From positions 2,940 through 66,939 of IMG/VR virus record IMGVR_UViG_3300018080_000175: a stretch of DNA of 64,000 nucleotides. One strand, 5' to 3'. The first letter of the stretch is position 1; every line of letters starts with the position of its first letter. Position numbers and translations under genes: made by a program. The notes below the pieces were generated by a model that saw only the letters and a list, made by a program, of their open reading frames with translations, was not told where the DNA came from and searched no databases. Below, piece by piece: positions 9,690 to 18,821 of this stretch. Source of the DNA: a virus.

Positions 9690-10066
9690 ATGATCCTAAA
9701 AAATTATACAGATGTGAGGTATTATGTACCACCTTAACTGATGAAATTACATTCACAGAATATGAAGTGGTAAAAAGAACTCCAAAAGGATATTGGGTAA
9801 AAGAATTTCCCTTTGATACCGATTTAATATGGGTAAGTGATTATGCAAAAAAGAGACTATGTTATCCAACTCAGAAAGAAGCGATACACAATCTATACCA
9901 TAGAAGATTAAGATATAGAAAAATTCTTAACGCAAGACTAAACACCACAAATGAAATAATTAGACAATGTGAGGAGATATTGAATGGAAATAAAAGATGT
10001 TCTGAAACTAAAGGTAGAAAAAGACGAGGTCTTAGTAATTCAATACGACCCAGAGACATTGGATGA
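9686..10066 (+). CDS. hypothetical protein
   Basis: ATGA-coupled start (MNDPKK). Confidence 0.6.
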   Translation: MNDPKKLYRCEVLCTTLTDEITFTEYEVVKRTPKGYWVKEFPFDTDLIWVSDYAKKRLCYPTQKEAIHNLYHRRLRYRKILNARLNTTNEIIRQCEEILNGNKRCSETKGRKRRGLSNSIRPRDIG

Positions 10067-10184
10067 TGAAGAAGTAAATGATTCAATGGAAACATTACAT
10101 AAAACTTTCCCACTCAACAAGATTTTGTTTCTTCCAAATGACATGGAAATAAAAGTCGTAAAAATGGAAGAGAAATCGACATGA
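9984..10184 (+). CDS. hypothetical protein
   Basis: GAGGAG RBS; coupled to the next gene. Confidence 0.55.
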   Translation: MEIKDVLKLKVEKDEVLVIQYDPETLDDEEVNDSMETLHKTFPLNKILFLPNDMEIKVVKMEEKST

Positions 10185-11275
10185 TCAAATCAATAAATAC
10201 AGAAAATTTTGAAACGCATATTAACACGTCCATTGATTTACACCCAGGCGTTAACACGTTTGTTGGAGAATCTGATGAAGGCAAATCTGGAATAGTTCGT
10301 CAAATAAAATGGAATTCAAAAAACAGACCAAAGGGAGATAGTTACAGAAACGATGCACTTGATCCCAAAAAGAAATCCGACAAACTTAAACTGACTCAGG
10401 TTAAAATTGATTATGAAGGATCTGGTATTGTTACAAGAGCAAGAGATGGTTTCAAAAGCGGAGTAAATCATTATCAAATCGGAGTTAAAGAGCCGTTAAG
10501 AGCATTGAGGATGGATGTTCCAGATGAAGTCCAAGAACTTACCAGAATGAAAGATGTAAATATTCAGGGACAACATCCAACAGAACAGTATTTCATGCTT
10601 GCAGATAAACCAGGTCAAGTAGCAAAACAATTCAACAAAGTTGCTGGATTAACTATAATGGATGATGCAATAAAAAGCATAAATTCACAAGTTCGTACCT
10701 GCAATACTGAAATTGCTATTACCAAAAAAGAGATCGAAGCAAAAACAAAAGAATTAAAAGACACAGAATGGGTGTTGAAAGCTGAAAAACTTGCAGATAA
10801 ATTATCCAAATATGAAAAGAAACTGAATAAGAAAAAAGCTGAACTGAAAGCCATCGGTGATGCCGTTCATCTCATTGAAGAAATTGATAAAAAGTTGAAA
10901 AGATTTGATGATATAGGTGATGCAAAAATAAGATTGAAAGAGCTTGAGACTGAAAAGCTGAACATAAGCACTAAAGAAAACGACATTGAAGACATAGACA
11001 ACACAATCCTTGCTATGAAATCAGTCGATACAGCTTTAAAGAATACTGTTAACGTCACTGATGCTAAAAAGATGCTCAAATCGCTTGAAACGTTAAGAAG
11101 CAATATTGATGAAGACCAAGAAAAAATAGATAATATATCTGATTTGCTGGCAAAGATAAAAGAAAACACTAAAAAAGAAACCAAAGCAACAATGAAATTG
11201 ATAGATGCCCAACAAGCTCATCTTAAAATGTGGAGGGAAGAAGAATGCCCTGTATGCGGGAGATCAGGAAAATAA
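10181..11275 (+). CDS. sbcC: SbcC/Rad50-like ATPase, N-terminal half (Walker A, Q-loop, coiled coil, zinc hook)
   Basis: ENFETH..GVNTFVGESDEGKS, NIQGQ, a long coiled coil, ending CPVCG; no Walker B. Confidence 0.85.
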   Translation: MIKSINTENFETHINTSIDLHPGVNTFVGESDEGKSGIVRQIKWNSKNRPKGDSYRNDALDPKKKSDKLKLTQVKIDYEGSGIVTRARDGFKSGVNHYQIGVKEPLRALRMDVPDEVQELTRMKDVNIQGQHPTEQYFMLADKPGQVAKQFNKVAGLTIMDDAIKSINSQVRTCNTEIAITKKEIEAKTKELKDTEWVLKAEKLADKLSKYEKKLNKKKAELKAIGDAVHLIEEIDKKLKRFDDIGDAKIRLKELETEKLNISTKENDIEDIDNTILAMKSVDTALKNTVNVTDAKKMLKSLETLRSNIDEDQEKIDNISDLLAKIKENTKKETKATMKLIDAQQAHLKMWREEECPVCGRSGK

Positions 11276-11276
11276 T

Positions 11277-11831
11277 ATGAAGAAACTGTCCTATAATAAT
11301 TTACATTTAAATTTGAATTATGACCCTTTAACTGGAATTTTTACACGTAAAAAAGCAAATACAAATTGTGTTGACCTTGGAGATATTGCTGGTACTAAAA
11401 AAACAGACGGGTATATAGAAATTTGGGTAGAAAATGAAAGATATTTAGCTCATATTTTAGCATGGTTCTATGTTCATGGGTATTGGTCTGAAAATATGAT
11501 AGATCATATAGATGGAGTTAAACATCATAATTGGATCGGTAATCTTAGAGAAGTCTCAAACCAATGTAATCAACGAAATAGAGGGAACCCTAAAAATAAC
11601 TCAAGCGGAGTAAAAGGAGTAAGTAGAAATGCATCAAACGGAAACTGGATGAGCTATTTATACATAAAAGGGAAAATAAAAAGATTAGGAAGTTATAAAG
11701 AGTTTGATAATGCAGTTTGTGCCAGATTGGCTGGAGAACAATGTGTAGGATGGGAAGGATGTGATAGTAACAGTCCTGCTTTTTTATATGTAAAGGAAAA
11801 AATATGCTCAAGTGGAAGGACGGGAGAATAG
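11277..11831 (+). CDS. HNH homing endonuclease with AP2-like C-terminal domain
   Basis: YDPLTGIF..IDHIDGVKHHNWIGNLREVS..N..NNSSGVKGVS..LGSY. Confidence 0.88.
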   Translation: MKKLSYNNLHLNLNYDPLTGIFTRKKANTNCVDLGDIAGTKKTDGYIEIWVENERYLAHILAWFYVHGYWSENMIDHIDGVKHHNWIGNLREVSNQCNQRNRGNPKNNSSGVKGVSRNASNGNWMSYLYIKGKIKRLGSYKEFDNAVCARLAGEQCVGWEGCDSNSPAFLYVKEKICSSGRTGE

Positions 11832-12037
11832 TGGAAACTGTTGACATGTATCGAGTATATAAAACATGTACAAAATGTGGCAATTGGTATGCTGATATGT
11901 GGAGTGAAAATAGATTCATGAAACAAGATGATATTCTCACAACCCCTCCAGAAGAATGCAAAACATATTATAAGCATTTTACTCATTACAAATGCAGAAA
12001 TAAAAAATGCAATCACAGATGGTATACAAATCCATAG
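11804..12037 (+). CDS. zinc-ribbon protein
   Basis: CTKCG..CRNKKCNHRW. Confidence 0.55.
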   Translation: MLKWKDGRIVETVDMYRVYKTCTKCGNWYADMWSENRFMKQDDILTTPPEECKTYYKHFTHYKCRNKKCNHRWYTNP

Positions 12038-12047
12038 GAGATTAAAA

Positions 12048-12236
12048 ATGATACGCAAAGAACTGATTGATCCTTTACATAAAGAGCGTAAAAAACTGTA
12101 CAAACAAGCGGCCGCTATTGACAAAGCTATCAGAGCGTTGCAGGATTTATGCGAACATGATTGGAAAGAAGATGGACATGATTCACATAAAACTCACCAC
12201 ATATGTAAAATATGCAGTAAACAGGAGTCTTGGTAA
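12048..12236 (+). CDS. small zinc-binding protein
   Basis: AGGAG RBS before MIRKEL; CEHDW..CKIC. Confidence 0.6.
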   Translation: MIRKELIDPLHKERKKLYKQAAAIDKAIRALQDLCEHDWKEDGHDSHKTHHICKICSKQESW

Positions 12237-13204
12237 TGACAATAAAAATACCTACAAATGAGGATTTCATAGCTGGTGCTGATCTTCACATTCATTCGAA
12301 AGTGCCTGAGAACAGGAAAGGAGATTATTTCGGCCAAGTTATTATGAAATTCTCACATTTACTGGCATATACAATTAGATTCTCAGCACCAGGATTACTT
12401 GTTGTTGCTGGAGACTTCTTTGATGCCCCCAATGTTCCTTACAAAGTTACCAAGAGAGTCATAGAACTGATCAAAGAGAGTGGGATTGAAGTTCTTGTGG
12501 TCCCTGGTCAGCATGATCTTAGGTATCACGTATCTGGACTTGATAATACACCACTTGGAACTCTTGAAGCGGCAGGGGTTGTCTCTATCCTTTCAAACAC
12601 ATGTAGATATGCCCCAAAAGGAATGAATGGAGTTACATTCATAGGATCTGGATGGAATGAAGAACCACAAGAGGAAGCTGATGTATTGGTAATGCATAGA
12701 ATGATTACAAAGAAAGGTGAACTCTGGCCGGGACAAAAAAATTACTCCACTGCTCACGCTATTTTAAGAAAATATCCATGGGCTAAGTGTATCATAAGTG
12801 GGGACAACCATACTCCACATTCATTGAGAACTGATGGAAAACTTCAAATCAATTGCGGATCAATGGTTAGATCAACTAAATCACAAATAGGTTATCAGCC
12901 AAGATGCTGGAGAGTTGATACTTCTACTTGGAAAGCAAAACCAATAAAAATTCAATGCCTGTCAGATGAGGAAGTTTTTGATTTCGGAAAAATAGCAATA
13001 GAAGAAATAAAAGAGGAATCAAAAAAAGAAGCCGAAAAGAAAATTGCTGAATTTATTGATACGCTTCCAAAGAATTCAAAAGAAAGACCTGATTTTAAAA
13101 ACATTCTCAATAATGTTGTTGCTCATGTTGATCCAAAACAATCAGTGAGAGATATAATTGATAACACTATGGAGAGAGTAGGTACTGCAAATGAAAAAGT
13201 TTAA
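12236..13204 (+). CDS. sbcD: SbcD/Mre11-like metallophosphoesterase nuclease
   Basis: ADLH, AGDFFD, PGQHD, MH, SGDNH and NCGS calcineurin-like motifs. Confidence 0.9.
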   Translation: MTIKIPTNEDFIAGADLHIHSKVPENRKGDYFGQVIMKFSHLLAYTIRFSAPGLLVVAGDFFDAPNVPYKVTKRVIELIKESGIEVLVVPGQHDLRYHVSGLDNTPLGTLEAAGVVSILSNTCRYAPKGMNGVTFIGSGWNEEPQEEADVLVMHRMITKKGELWPGQKNYSTAHAILRKYPWAKCIISGDNHTPHSLRTDGKLQINCGSMVRSTKSQIGYQPRCWRVDTSTWKAKPIKIQCLSDEEVFDFGKIAIEEIKEESKKEAEKKIAEFIDTLPKNSKERPDFKNILNNVVAHVDPKQSVRDIIDNTMERVGTANEKV

Positions 13205-13373
13205 AATGCAACATCGAGTCATGAAAAAAACGGTAAAAGAATTCTATGAAGACAATCCGCCAAAATGGATGTTATCCGATGAATTCAAATGGTGGTATGA
13301 TGATTATGTTTTAAAATTAGAAGTTGGAAAAAGCATCAGAACAGATTTTCAAAATATAACAAGGATAGAATAA
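13191..13373 (+). CDS. hypothetical protein
   Basis: Overlapping 60-aa ORF. Confidence 0.5.
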   Translation: MKKFKMQHRVMKKTVKEFYEDNPPKWMLSDEFKWWYDDYVLKLEVGKSIRTDFQNITRIE

Positions 13374-13604
13374 ATGGATTTAATTCAAGCAAAGAAAAAA
13401 GTGGAAGCGAAAGACAAGGAAAGAAATAAACTTCTTGGTCAAAAAGAAATGTTAATGGATGGGTTAAAAGAATTGGGATTTAAAACGATTGATGAAGCAA
13501 AGAAAACTTCCAAATCGCTTAAAAAGACCGTAGATAAAATGAATACGCATTATGATAAAGGCGTATCCAAATTTAAAACTCAATTCGGTCATTTGTTGAA
13601 ATAA
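13374..13604 (+). CDS. small coiled-coil protein, candidate third subunit of the split SbcC
   Basis: Heptad-rich 76-aa ORF between sbcD and the SbcC C-terminal half. Confidence 0.55.
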   Translation: MDLIQAKKKVEAKDKERNKLLGQKEMLMDGLKELGFKTIDEAKKTSKSLKKTVDKMNTHYDKGVSKFKTQFGHLLK

Positions 13605-13648
13605 ATTTTATAACATATAAAGTGGAATTTCAAAGGAGATAGAATAGC

Positions 13649-14038
13649 ATGAAAAAACATATTCAAGAAATGGAAAATAATACAGATTTATGGCCGTGGT
13701 ATTGGCGGGCTGTCGGAGAGAAATGCTACGCCTTTGATGTCGTAGAAGCTTTTCCTATGTGTGAATCAGATCCAGTTCCAAAACCAGGATCAAAACTTGA
13801 ACTCTCAGAAGACGATAATGACGGAATTGTATGGGTTGGGGAGAATGGAACCAACATGATAATTAATGGGTATATTGCCGGAATAGAGCAACAAAATGGG
13901 GATACAATATGTAGTTTTATTGCTGCTGCCCATGCTCATTTGTTGATAAATGTTTCTGAGTGCGATTACTGTGAACGCTACAAAGAACATCTCCCAAATT
14001 CAAACTATTGTGGTCAATGTGGCAAAAAGTTTGAGTAA
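13649..14038 (+). CDS. hypothetical protein with C-terminal zinc ribbon
   Basis: CDYC..YCGQCG. Confidence 0.6.
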   Translation: MKKHIQEMENNTDLWPWYWRAVGEKCYAFDVVEAFPMCESDPVPKPGSKLELSEDDNDGIVWVGENGTNMIINGYIAGIEQQNGDTICSFIAAAHAHLLINVSECDYCERYKEHLPNSNYCGQCGKKFE

Positions 14039-14087
14039 CGATAGTAATACATAAATCATACCAGATATCAAAAAACTTAAACAGGAA

Positions 14088-14720
14088 TTGACAAATCTTG
14101 GGATGGGACAAAGTGTGAAAAAATTATTAGAAAACCTAAACGACAAAATATTGGATAGAAAAACCAATCAAAAAATTCTTGAGCTTCACACGGATAAAGT
14201 TGAAAGTCTTTTATTACATCATGAAGACTTAGAAGAAGCAAGAGTTATTTTTCAAAAAGCATCACAGGTAACTCAAACTCAATTAGCCGAACAAGTCTCA
14301 AATATTGTATCAAGTGCTTTGGCCGCAGTATTCTATGAACCTTATAAATTTGTAGTTGAATTTGTATCAAGAAGAAATACCACAGAATGCGATCTAACAT
14401 TCGAAAAAAACGGAAAACAAAAATCCCCTCTCGCTTCTTGTGGGTACGGTGCCGCTGATATTGCTTCTCTGGCACTTAGAGTTGCTTACTGGAAACTTGA
14501 CGGAGAAGCAAGAAATGTATTAGTACTTGATGAACCTCTTCGCAATCTTGATGTTTTTAAACAACCGCTTGCTTCAATGATGATAAAAAACCTTTCCAAA
14601 ATGCCAGGAGGACTCCAATTTATTATTGTAACGCATCAAAAAGCTCTTGCCGAATCTGCTGATAAGAAGTTTAGTGTTGTTAAAGAAAACGAGGTAAGTT
14701 ATGTAACAGAACAGAAATAA
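14088..14720 (+). CDS. sbcC: SbcC/Rad50-like ATPase, C-terminal half
   Basis: Short coiled coil, variant signature ASCGYG, Walker B/D-loop VLVLDEPLRNLD and H-loop IIVTHQ; no Walker A. The exact start is uncertain. Confidence 0.85.
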   Translation: MTNLGMGQSVKKLLENLNDKILDRKTNQKILELHTDKVESLLLHHEDLEEARVIFQKASQVTQTQLAEQVSNIVSSALAAVFYEPYKFVVEFVSRRNTTECDLTFEKNGKQKSPLASCGYGAADIASLALRVAYWKLDGEARNVLVLDEPLRNLDVFKQPLASMMIKNLSKMPGGLQFIIVTHQKALAESADKKFSVVKENEVSYVTEQK

Positions 14721-14723
14721 TTC

Positions 14724-14769
14724 TTGATTTTTAGTTCATCTAATAATATACTACTTGATGAACTAAAAA
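14724..14769 (+). promoter_or_regulatory. sigma70 promoter embedded in a 13-bp perfect inverted repeat
   Basis: TTGATT(14724)-N17-TATACT(14747); arms TTTTTAGTTCATC / GATGAACTAAAAA flank the -10. Confidence 0.65.
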
Positions 14770-14781
14770 ATAGGAGTTAAG

Positions 14782-15375
14782 ATGAAGAAAATAATTATTG
14801 TTCCAAAATGTGAGTGTGGATGTGGTAAAAGAGTTACCTGGAATAAACGAAAAAAAGAATGGAATAAACGACTTGTAGGACATCATGAACGAACTAAGGA
14901 AATGAGAAAGCAACTAAGCAATTCCCTAAAAAAAAGTAGTTTTTTCCACACGTATAATAAAACAAAAGAACACTCCGAAAAAGTAATAAAAAGCAATCAA
15001 AATAGAATTGTTTCAGAATTAACCAAAGAAAAAATATCAACAACATTGACAGGCAGAATACAATCAAAAGAATCAAACATTAAACGAAGTATTACAGCAA
15101 TTGATAATGGTTCTCATAGAGGGAAAAATAACGCCTCATGGAAAGGAGGGATATCTCCCAGAAAGGATATAGGAGAATGGACAAAAATCAGTAAAGAAAT
15201 TAAAAAACGAGATAATTACACCTGCAAAAAATGTGGAACACAAAAGAATATAGATGTCCACCATATTGATTTTGATAAACATAATCACGAACCATTGAAT
15301 TTAATTTCTCTTTGCAGAAAATGTCATATGAAAAAACACAAAGAGAATACTCAAAAGGAGATAGAAAATGCCTGA
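14782..15375 (+). CDS. HNH endonuclease with NUMOD3-like DNA-binding repeats
   Basis: CECGCG, ELTKEKIS, NASWKGG, RDNYTCKKCG..VHHIDFDKHNH..NLISLCRKCH. Confidence 0.88.
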   Translation: MKKIIIVPKCECGCGKRVTWNKRKKEWNKRLVGHHERTKEMRKQLSNSLKKSSFFHTYNKTKEHSEKVIKSNQNRIVSELTKEKISTTLTGRIQSKESNIKRSITAIDNGSHRGKNNASWKGGISPRKDIGEWTKISKEIKKRDNYTCKKCGTQKNIDVHHIDFDKHNHEPLNLISLCRKCHMKKHKENTQKEIENA

Positions 15376-15682
15376 TCTTAGCGCAATTTTGAAAATGCTG
15401 GAAGAAGAATTTGAAATAATGGTTAAATTGTTTAACGATGATACTTGGAAATTTTACAAATTCGGACAAGGTGGACCATACAAAAGAACTCTTACCAAAC
15501 TTCAAGAAAAAAGCAACAAATATGATCAGGTTATATCTGATTTTTTTGGCTTTTCAAAAGAAACTGCTTCTTTCAAAAAATTGGTTGTTCTTTGCATTTC
15601 CGCAGTAGATTCTCCAAAAGAGCGATATGACAAAATTGATACTTTCCGAAGACAAATTAAACTGATGAGGAATACAATATAA
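15368..15682 (+). CDS. hypothetical protein
   Basis: Coupled ORF with an AGGAG RBS. Confidence 0.55.
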   Translation: MPDLSAILKMLEEEFEIMVKLFNDDTWKFYKFGQGGPYKRTLTKLQEKSNKYDQVISDFFGFSKETASFKKLVVLCISAVDSPKERYDKIDTFRRQIKLMRNTI

Positions 15683-15975
15683 TGCATAATTCTGACACTG
15701 GAACTGGAACTTACGGAGATAACGATTACGCTTATAGAGTATGCAGAAGATGTCAACGTGATATATTCATGTGTATTTGTTGGCGTAATTTAATGAATCG
15801 TATTGAATGGGCTATGTTTCTCAAGTTAAAAAGAGAAATGTATAAACATCTGATCATCAAATCCCTTTGCGTGTCTGTAGTTACCATTGTCAGAAAAACT
15901 CCGTTTTCATTGTCAGGAATGAAAGGGTTGGCATTACTAAAAAAGGAAGATAAGAGAAAAAAGAAAGGGTCATGA
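15682..15975 (+). CDS. hypothetical protein
   Basis: TAATG-coupled ORF. Confidence 0.5.
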   Translation: MHNSDTGTGTYGDNDYAYRVCRRCQRDIFMCICWRNLMNRIEWAMFLKLKREMYKHLIIKSLCVSVVTIVRKTPFSLSGMKGLALLKKEDKRKKKGS

Positions 15976-15978
15976 AAA

Positions 15979-16317
15979 GTGAGTAAATTTATCAAGGATA
16001 TGTTTTGTGAGAAAGGTGATAAGAAGCCTTATTCGAAAGAGATACAGATACAAGGCGAATTGTCAATGAGGAACGATGTTCAGGAATTATTCCCATTCAC
16101 TATAGAATACACGTTCAATGCTAATTGGCAGATGGTAGCGGCTGGTAAAGCTGATGAATATGAGCATCTTCATAAAATAGCACTCAAAGCCTTAAAAAGG
16201 AATATATATGGTGAATTTTTTGATAAGCTTACGGAACTTGAGCTTAGTTTGTATGATCGTGATATTAAAAGTGCCAAAATACTTGTGCAGGAAATTAAAA
16301 AGGAGGTAGGATTATGA
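15979..16317 (+). CDS. hypothetical protein
   Basis: GTG start; coupled to the next gene. Confidence 0.55.
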   Translation: MSKFIKDMFCEKGDKKPYSKEIQIQGELSMRNDVQELFPFTIEYTFNANWQMVAAGKADEYEHLHKIALKALKRNIYGEFFDKLTELELSLYDRDIKSAKILVQEIKKEVGL

Positions 16318-16754
16318 GCAAGAAGATAGAAAATAAATGGAAGAAAAGATTGATAAATGCTTTTCAGCTTATCAAAAATGGCAAACAACTCGGTCATTTA
16401 AAATTTGATGAGTTCTGCACAAGAATGGATTTAGAACATGATCATAACGGAGAAATAGTTCACCCAAAAAAGGCGGACATTAAACTTCCTATGATAGAAA
16501 CACTGGACGAAGTATTAAATATTATCTCCAACGAAATGGGTTTGCCAGATAGACAACAACTAAAAACCACTGCCAAGAAAGATTTGATAATGTATCACAG
16601 TGGCTTTGGGATGCGTATTAGAAACGAATTCAGATTATGGGAAGGAAATCATAAACTTGTTGCTGACATGGGATTACCTAAAGGATGTCATGCTGATGAA
16701 GTCTCATTTGCTATAATCGAGGCATTGTGGGATAGATTCCAGGGAGAGGAATAA
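16314..16754 (+). CDS. DUF6794-like protein
   Basis: YHSGFGMRIRNEFRLW..HADEVS..II..LW motif. Confidence 0.6.
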   Translation: MSKKIENKWKKRLINAFQLIKNGKQLGHLKFDEFCTRMDLEHDHNGEIVHPKKADIKLPMIETLDEVLNIISNEMGLPDRQQLKTTAKKDLIMYHSGFGMRIRNEFRLWEGNHKLVADMGLPKGCHADEVSFAIIEALWDRFQGEE

Positions 16755-17134
16755 TGGAATGGTGGTTAGGTGTAAAAGGGGAAATGGGACAAGTATTGCA
16801 CGATTCTTTACCAGTTACCTTTTGTGAGTATAATTGTGTATTCCTTGCGCCTACAGAAAAAGAACAAAATAAGTACGGTGGAAAGATTCCACACAGATGT
16901 TTAAAATACAACAAACCTCTGTATCATGGTCCATTTCATCCGGAAATTGTAGCTATAAGAGACTGTAAATATTCAATAAAACCAAAAGGAGACAGAGAAT
17001 GTCAGAAGGAAACAGAAAATGCAAATCGTTCGGAGAATGTGAAGACTTCACCACAGCAGAAGAATGTACCACAGCGTGTAAGTCATATGTTCCGAAAAAC
17101 CCTAACGAAGTTATGGAACTTCCTGACGAAGTAG
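16754..17134 (+). CDS. hypothetical protein
   Basis: TAATG-coupled; the 3' end overlaps the next ORF. Confidence 0.5.
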   Translation: MEWWLGVKGEMGQVLHDSLPVTFCEYNCVFLAPTEKEQNKYGGKIPHRCLKYNKPLYHGPFHPEIVAIRDCKYSIKPKGDRECQKETENANRSENVKTSPQQKNVPQRVSHMFRKTLTKLWNFLTK

Positions 17135-17376
17135 AAGCTCCTGAACTGAAATTAGAGTACAGCAATCTTCCAAAGTTTGACAAAAAGCATGAGTTCTTTG
17201 TTATGAAAGGACATGTGTTTCTCATGCAGAATGTCAGTCCAAAGAAGATCATCCTTAAATACAGGAAGAAGCTAAAAGAATCAGACAAATTGCAGGATGG
17301 TTGTTACGTGTTCAAAGACATGGATGGCAACCTTCTTGAACCATCGAAAGAATTTAAAAAAATGGAAAGGAAGTAA
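16999..17376 (+). CDS. hypothetical protein with N-terminal Cys cluster
   Basis: AGGAG RBS; CKSFGEC..CTTAC. Confidence 0.6.
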   Translation: MSEGNRKCKSFGECEDFTTAEECTTACKSYVPKNPNEVMELPDEVEAPELKLEYSNLPKFDKKHEFFVMKGHVFLMQNVSPKKIILKYRKKLKESDKLQDGCYVFKDMDGNLLEPSKEFKKMERK

Positions 17377-17377
17377 A

Positions 17378-17710
17378 ATGCGAATTACGGACTTATGTGA
17401 CAGATTTCCAGATGATAAATTAACTCTGGAAAAACTTGCAGAAGAGGCAGGAGAGATAGTTCAGGCAAAATCAAAGATTATACTTTTTGGTTTGCATGAC
17501 ACCTATAACAATACCACTAAACCTGATCAAACAAATCAAGAGAAGCTTGAAACAGAAATTGGTCACTTAATGGCTGTGGTAGATGTTCTTGTTGCAAGAG
17601 GTATCGTAAGACCATCAGAAATGAACAGAGTCAAAGCAGATAAGTGGGACAAAATGGAAAAGTGGAATAAATACAAAGGAACTCTAACAGAGGAAGGGGA
17701 TATATTTTGA
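17378..17710 (+). CDS. mazG: MazG-like all-alpha NTP pyrophosphohydrolase
   Basis: LAEEAGEIVQAKSK..KLETEIGHLMAVVDVL (EExxE..ExGD-like, with D replaced by H). Confidence 0.72.
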   Translation: MRITDLCDRFPDDKLTLEKLAEEAGEIVQAKSKIILFGLHDTYNNTTKPDQTNQEKLETEIGHLMAVVDVLVARGIVRPSEMNRVKADKWDKMEKWNKYKGTLTEEGDIF

Positions 17711-18297
17711 ATAAGACTGTGGTCTTGATAATGAATGGTCCAGGTGAATCAGGGAAAGGCACCGTTGCTGAATTCCTAAACAAGCTATTTGAATTTGACA
17801 TTGTTGAGTATTCATCCATTGATTATGTCAAAGAAGTTGCCAGAGATAGTTTCGGATGGAATGGTGAGAAAGATACAAAAGGACGTAATCTTCTCGCCGC
17901 AGTAAAACAGGTAATGATTGCATACAATGATATGCCTACAAAGAAGGTGATAGAAAGATTAAATGATGCAATAGCCTTCAATGTAGATATCTTGATTGTT
18001 GATATCCGTGAACCTGATGAAATTGAAAAGCTTGTGGAATACTGCAAAGAGTTTGAAATCATTTGTAATACTTGCAGGGTACACAATGCAAAAGCTGAGA
18101 AAAAAGCGGAAACAGACGGTCTCAGTCTCACAGGTGACAGGCTTTACGGTGAATATGACTATGACATTGACCTGAACAATAATGGCACCTTCAAAGAACT
18201 GGAAGTGCAAGTAGCTACTGTATTCCAAGCCTTGTACAACTGTGAAATGAAGGATCAATGCGATGATGCTTTAAGAATATTGGAGGAACAAAGATAA
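17707..18297 (+). CDS. deoxynucleoside monophosphate kinase-like P-loop protein
   Basis: NGPGESGKGT, FGWNGEKDTKGRNLL, VDIREPDEI, YDYDIDLNNNGT. Confidence 0.78.
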   Translation: MNKTVVLIMNGPGESGKGTVAEFLNKLFEFDIVEYSSIDYVKEVARDSFGWNGEKDTKGRNLLAAVKQVMIAYNDMPTKKVIERLNDAIAFNVDILIVDIREPDEIEKLVEYCKEFEIICNTCRVHNAKAEKKAETDGLSLTGDRLYGEYDYDIDLNNNGTFKELEVQVATVFQALYNCEMKDQCDDALRILEEQR

Positions 18298-18710
18298 TGT
18301 TATCAAAGTGTATTGAGTCACCACACCATGGTGGAAAGATGAAGCAACTATGGGTTGTTTTGAGTGATCTTGCCAGTCAAGAAGGTTGTGACGGTTCTCC
18401 TTATGATGAAATGATGATTGCCTCAGAGTACATTGAAGAATTGGAAAAAAGATTCAATGATCTGTCTGAGGCTCTTTCTCCTTTTCTTACTTCTGAAAAG
18501 GAACTCATGAAGCGTATTGAGAAAGAACGCCCTGAGGAAGAACCTGCATTGGAGGTAGGTCCAGGATCCCATAAAGATCAACCTGTGATTAATGACATGA
18601 ACTTAGGTACTTGTATGATTTGTCATAGAAGTAAACATTACAATGATATGGCTACCAGATCAATTATATGTGCATATTGCGGACAAAAATACGATCATAA
18701 AGGATATTAA
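18297..18710 (+). CDS. hypothetical protein with C-terminal zinc ribbon
   Basis: CMICH..CAYCG. Confidence 0.6.
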   Translation: MLSKCIESPHHGGKMKQLWVVLSDLASQEGCDGSPYDEMMIASEYIEELEKRFNDLSEALSPFLTSEKELMKRIEKERPEEEPALEVGPGSHKDQPVINDMNLGTCMICHRSKHYNDMATRSIICAYCGQKYDHKGY

Positions 18711-18821
18711 AATTGCGCTGTTACCTGTGTTCAAGATTGCTGATCAAAACCAACCATGAAAAAGGCAAAGATGTTTGTTTTAACTGTGAACAAACCATTG
18801 AAAAAGAAAAGGAGAAAAAGA

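Noticed and set aside
11275-14088. Group I intron or split intein joining the SbcC halves
   Set aside because: The interval is filled with coupled ORFs including sbcD, with no intron core or intein terminal motifs.
1491-17710. Z-genome (PurZ/DatZ/MazZ) pathway suggested by the HD and MazG genes
   Set aside because: No PurZ or adenylosuccinate synthetase homologue is in the window, and the two genes are generic and unlinked.
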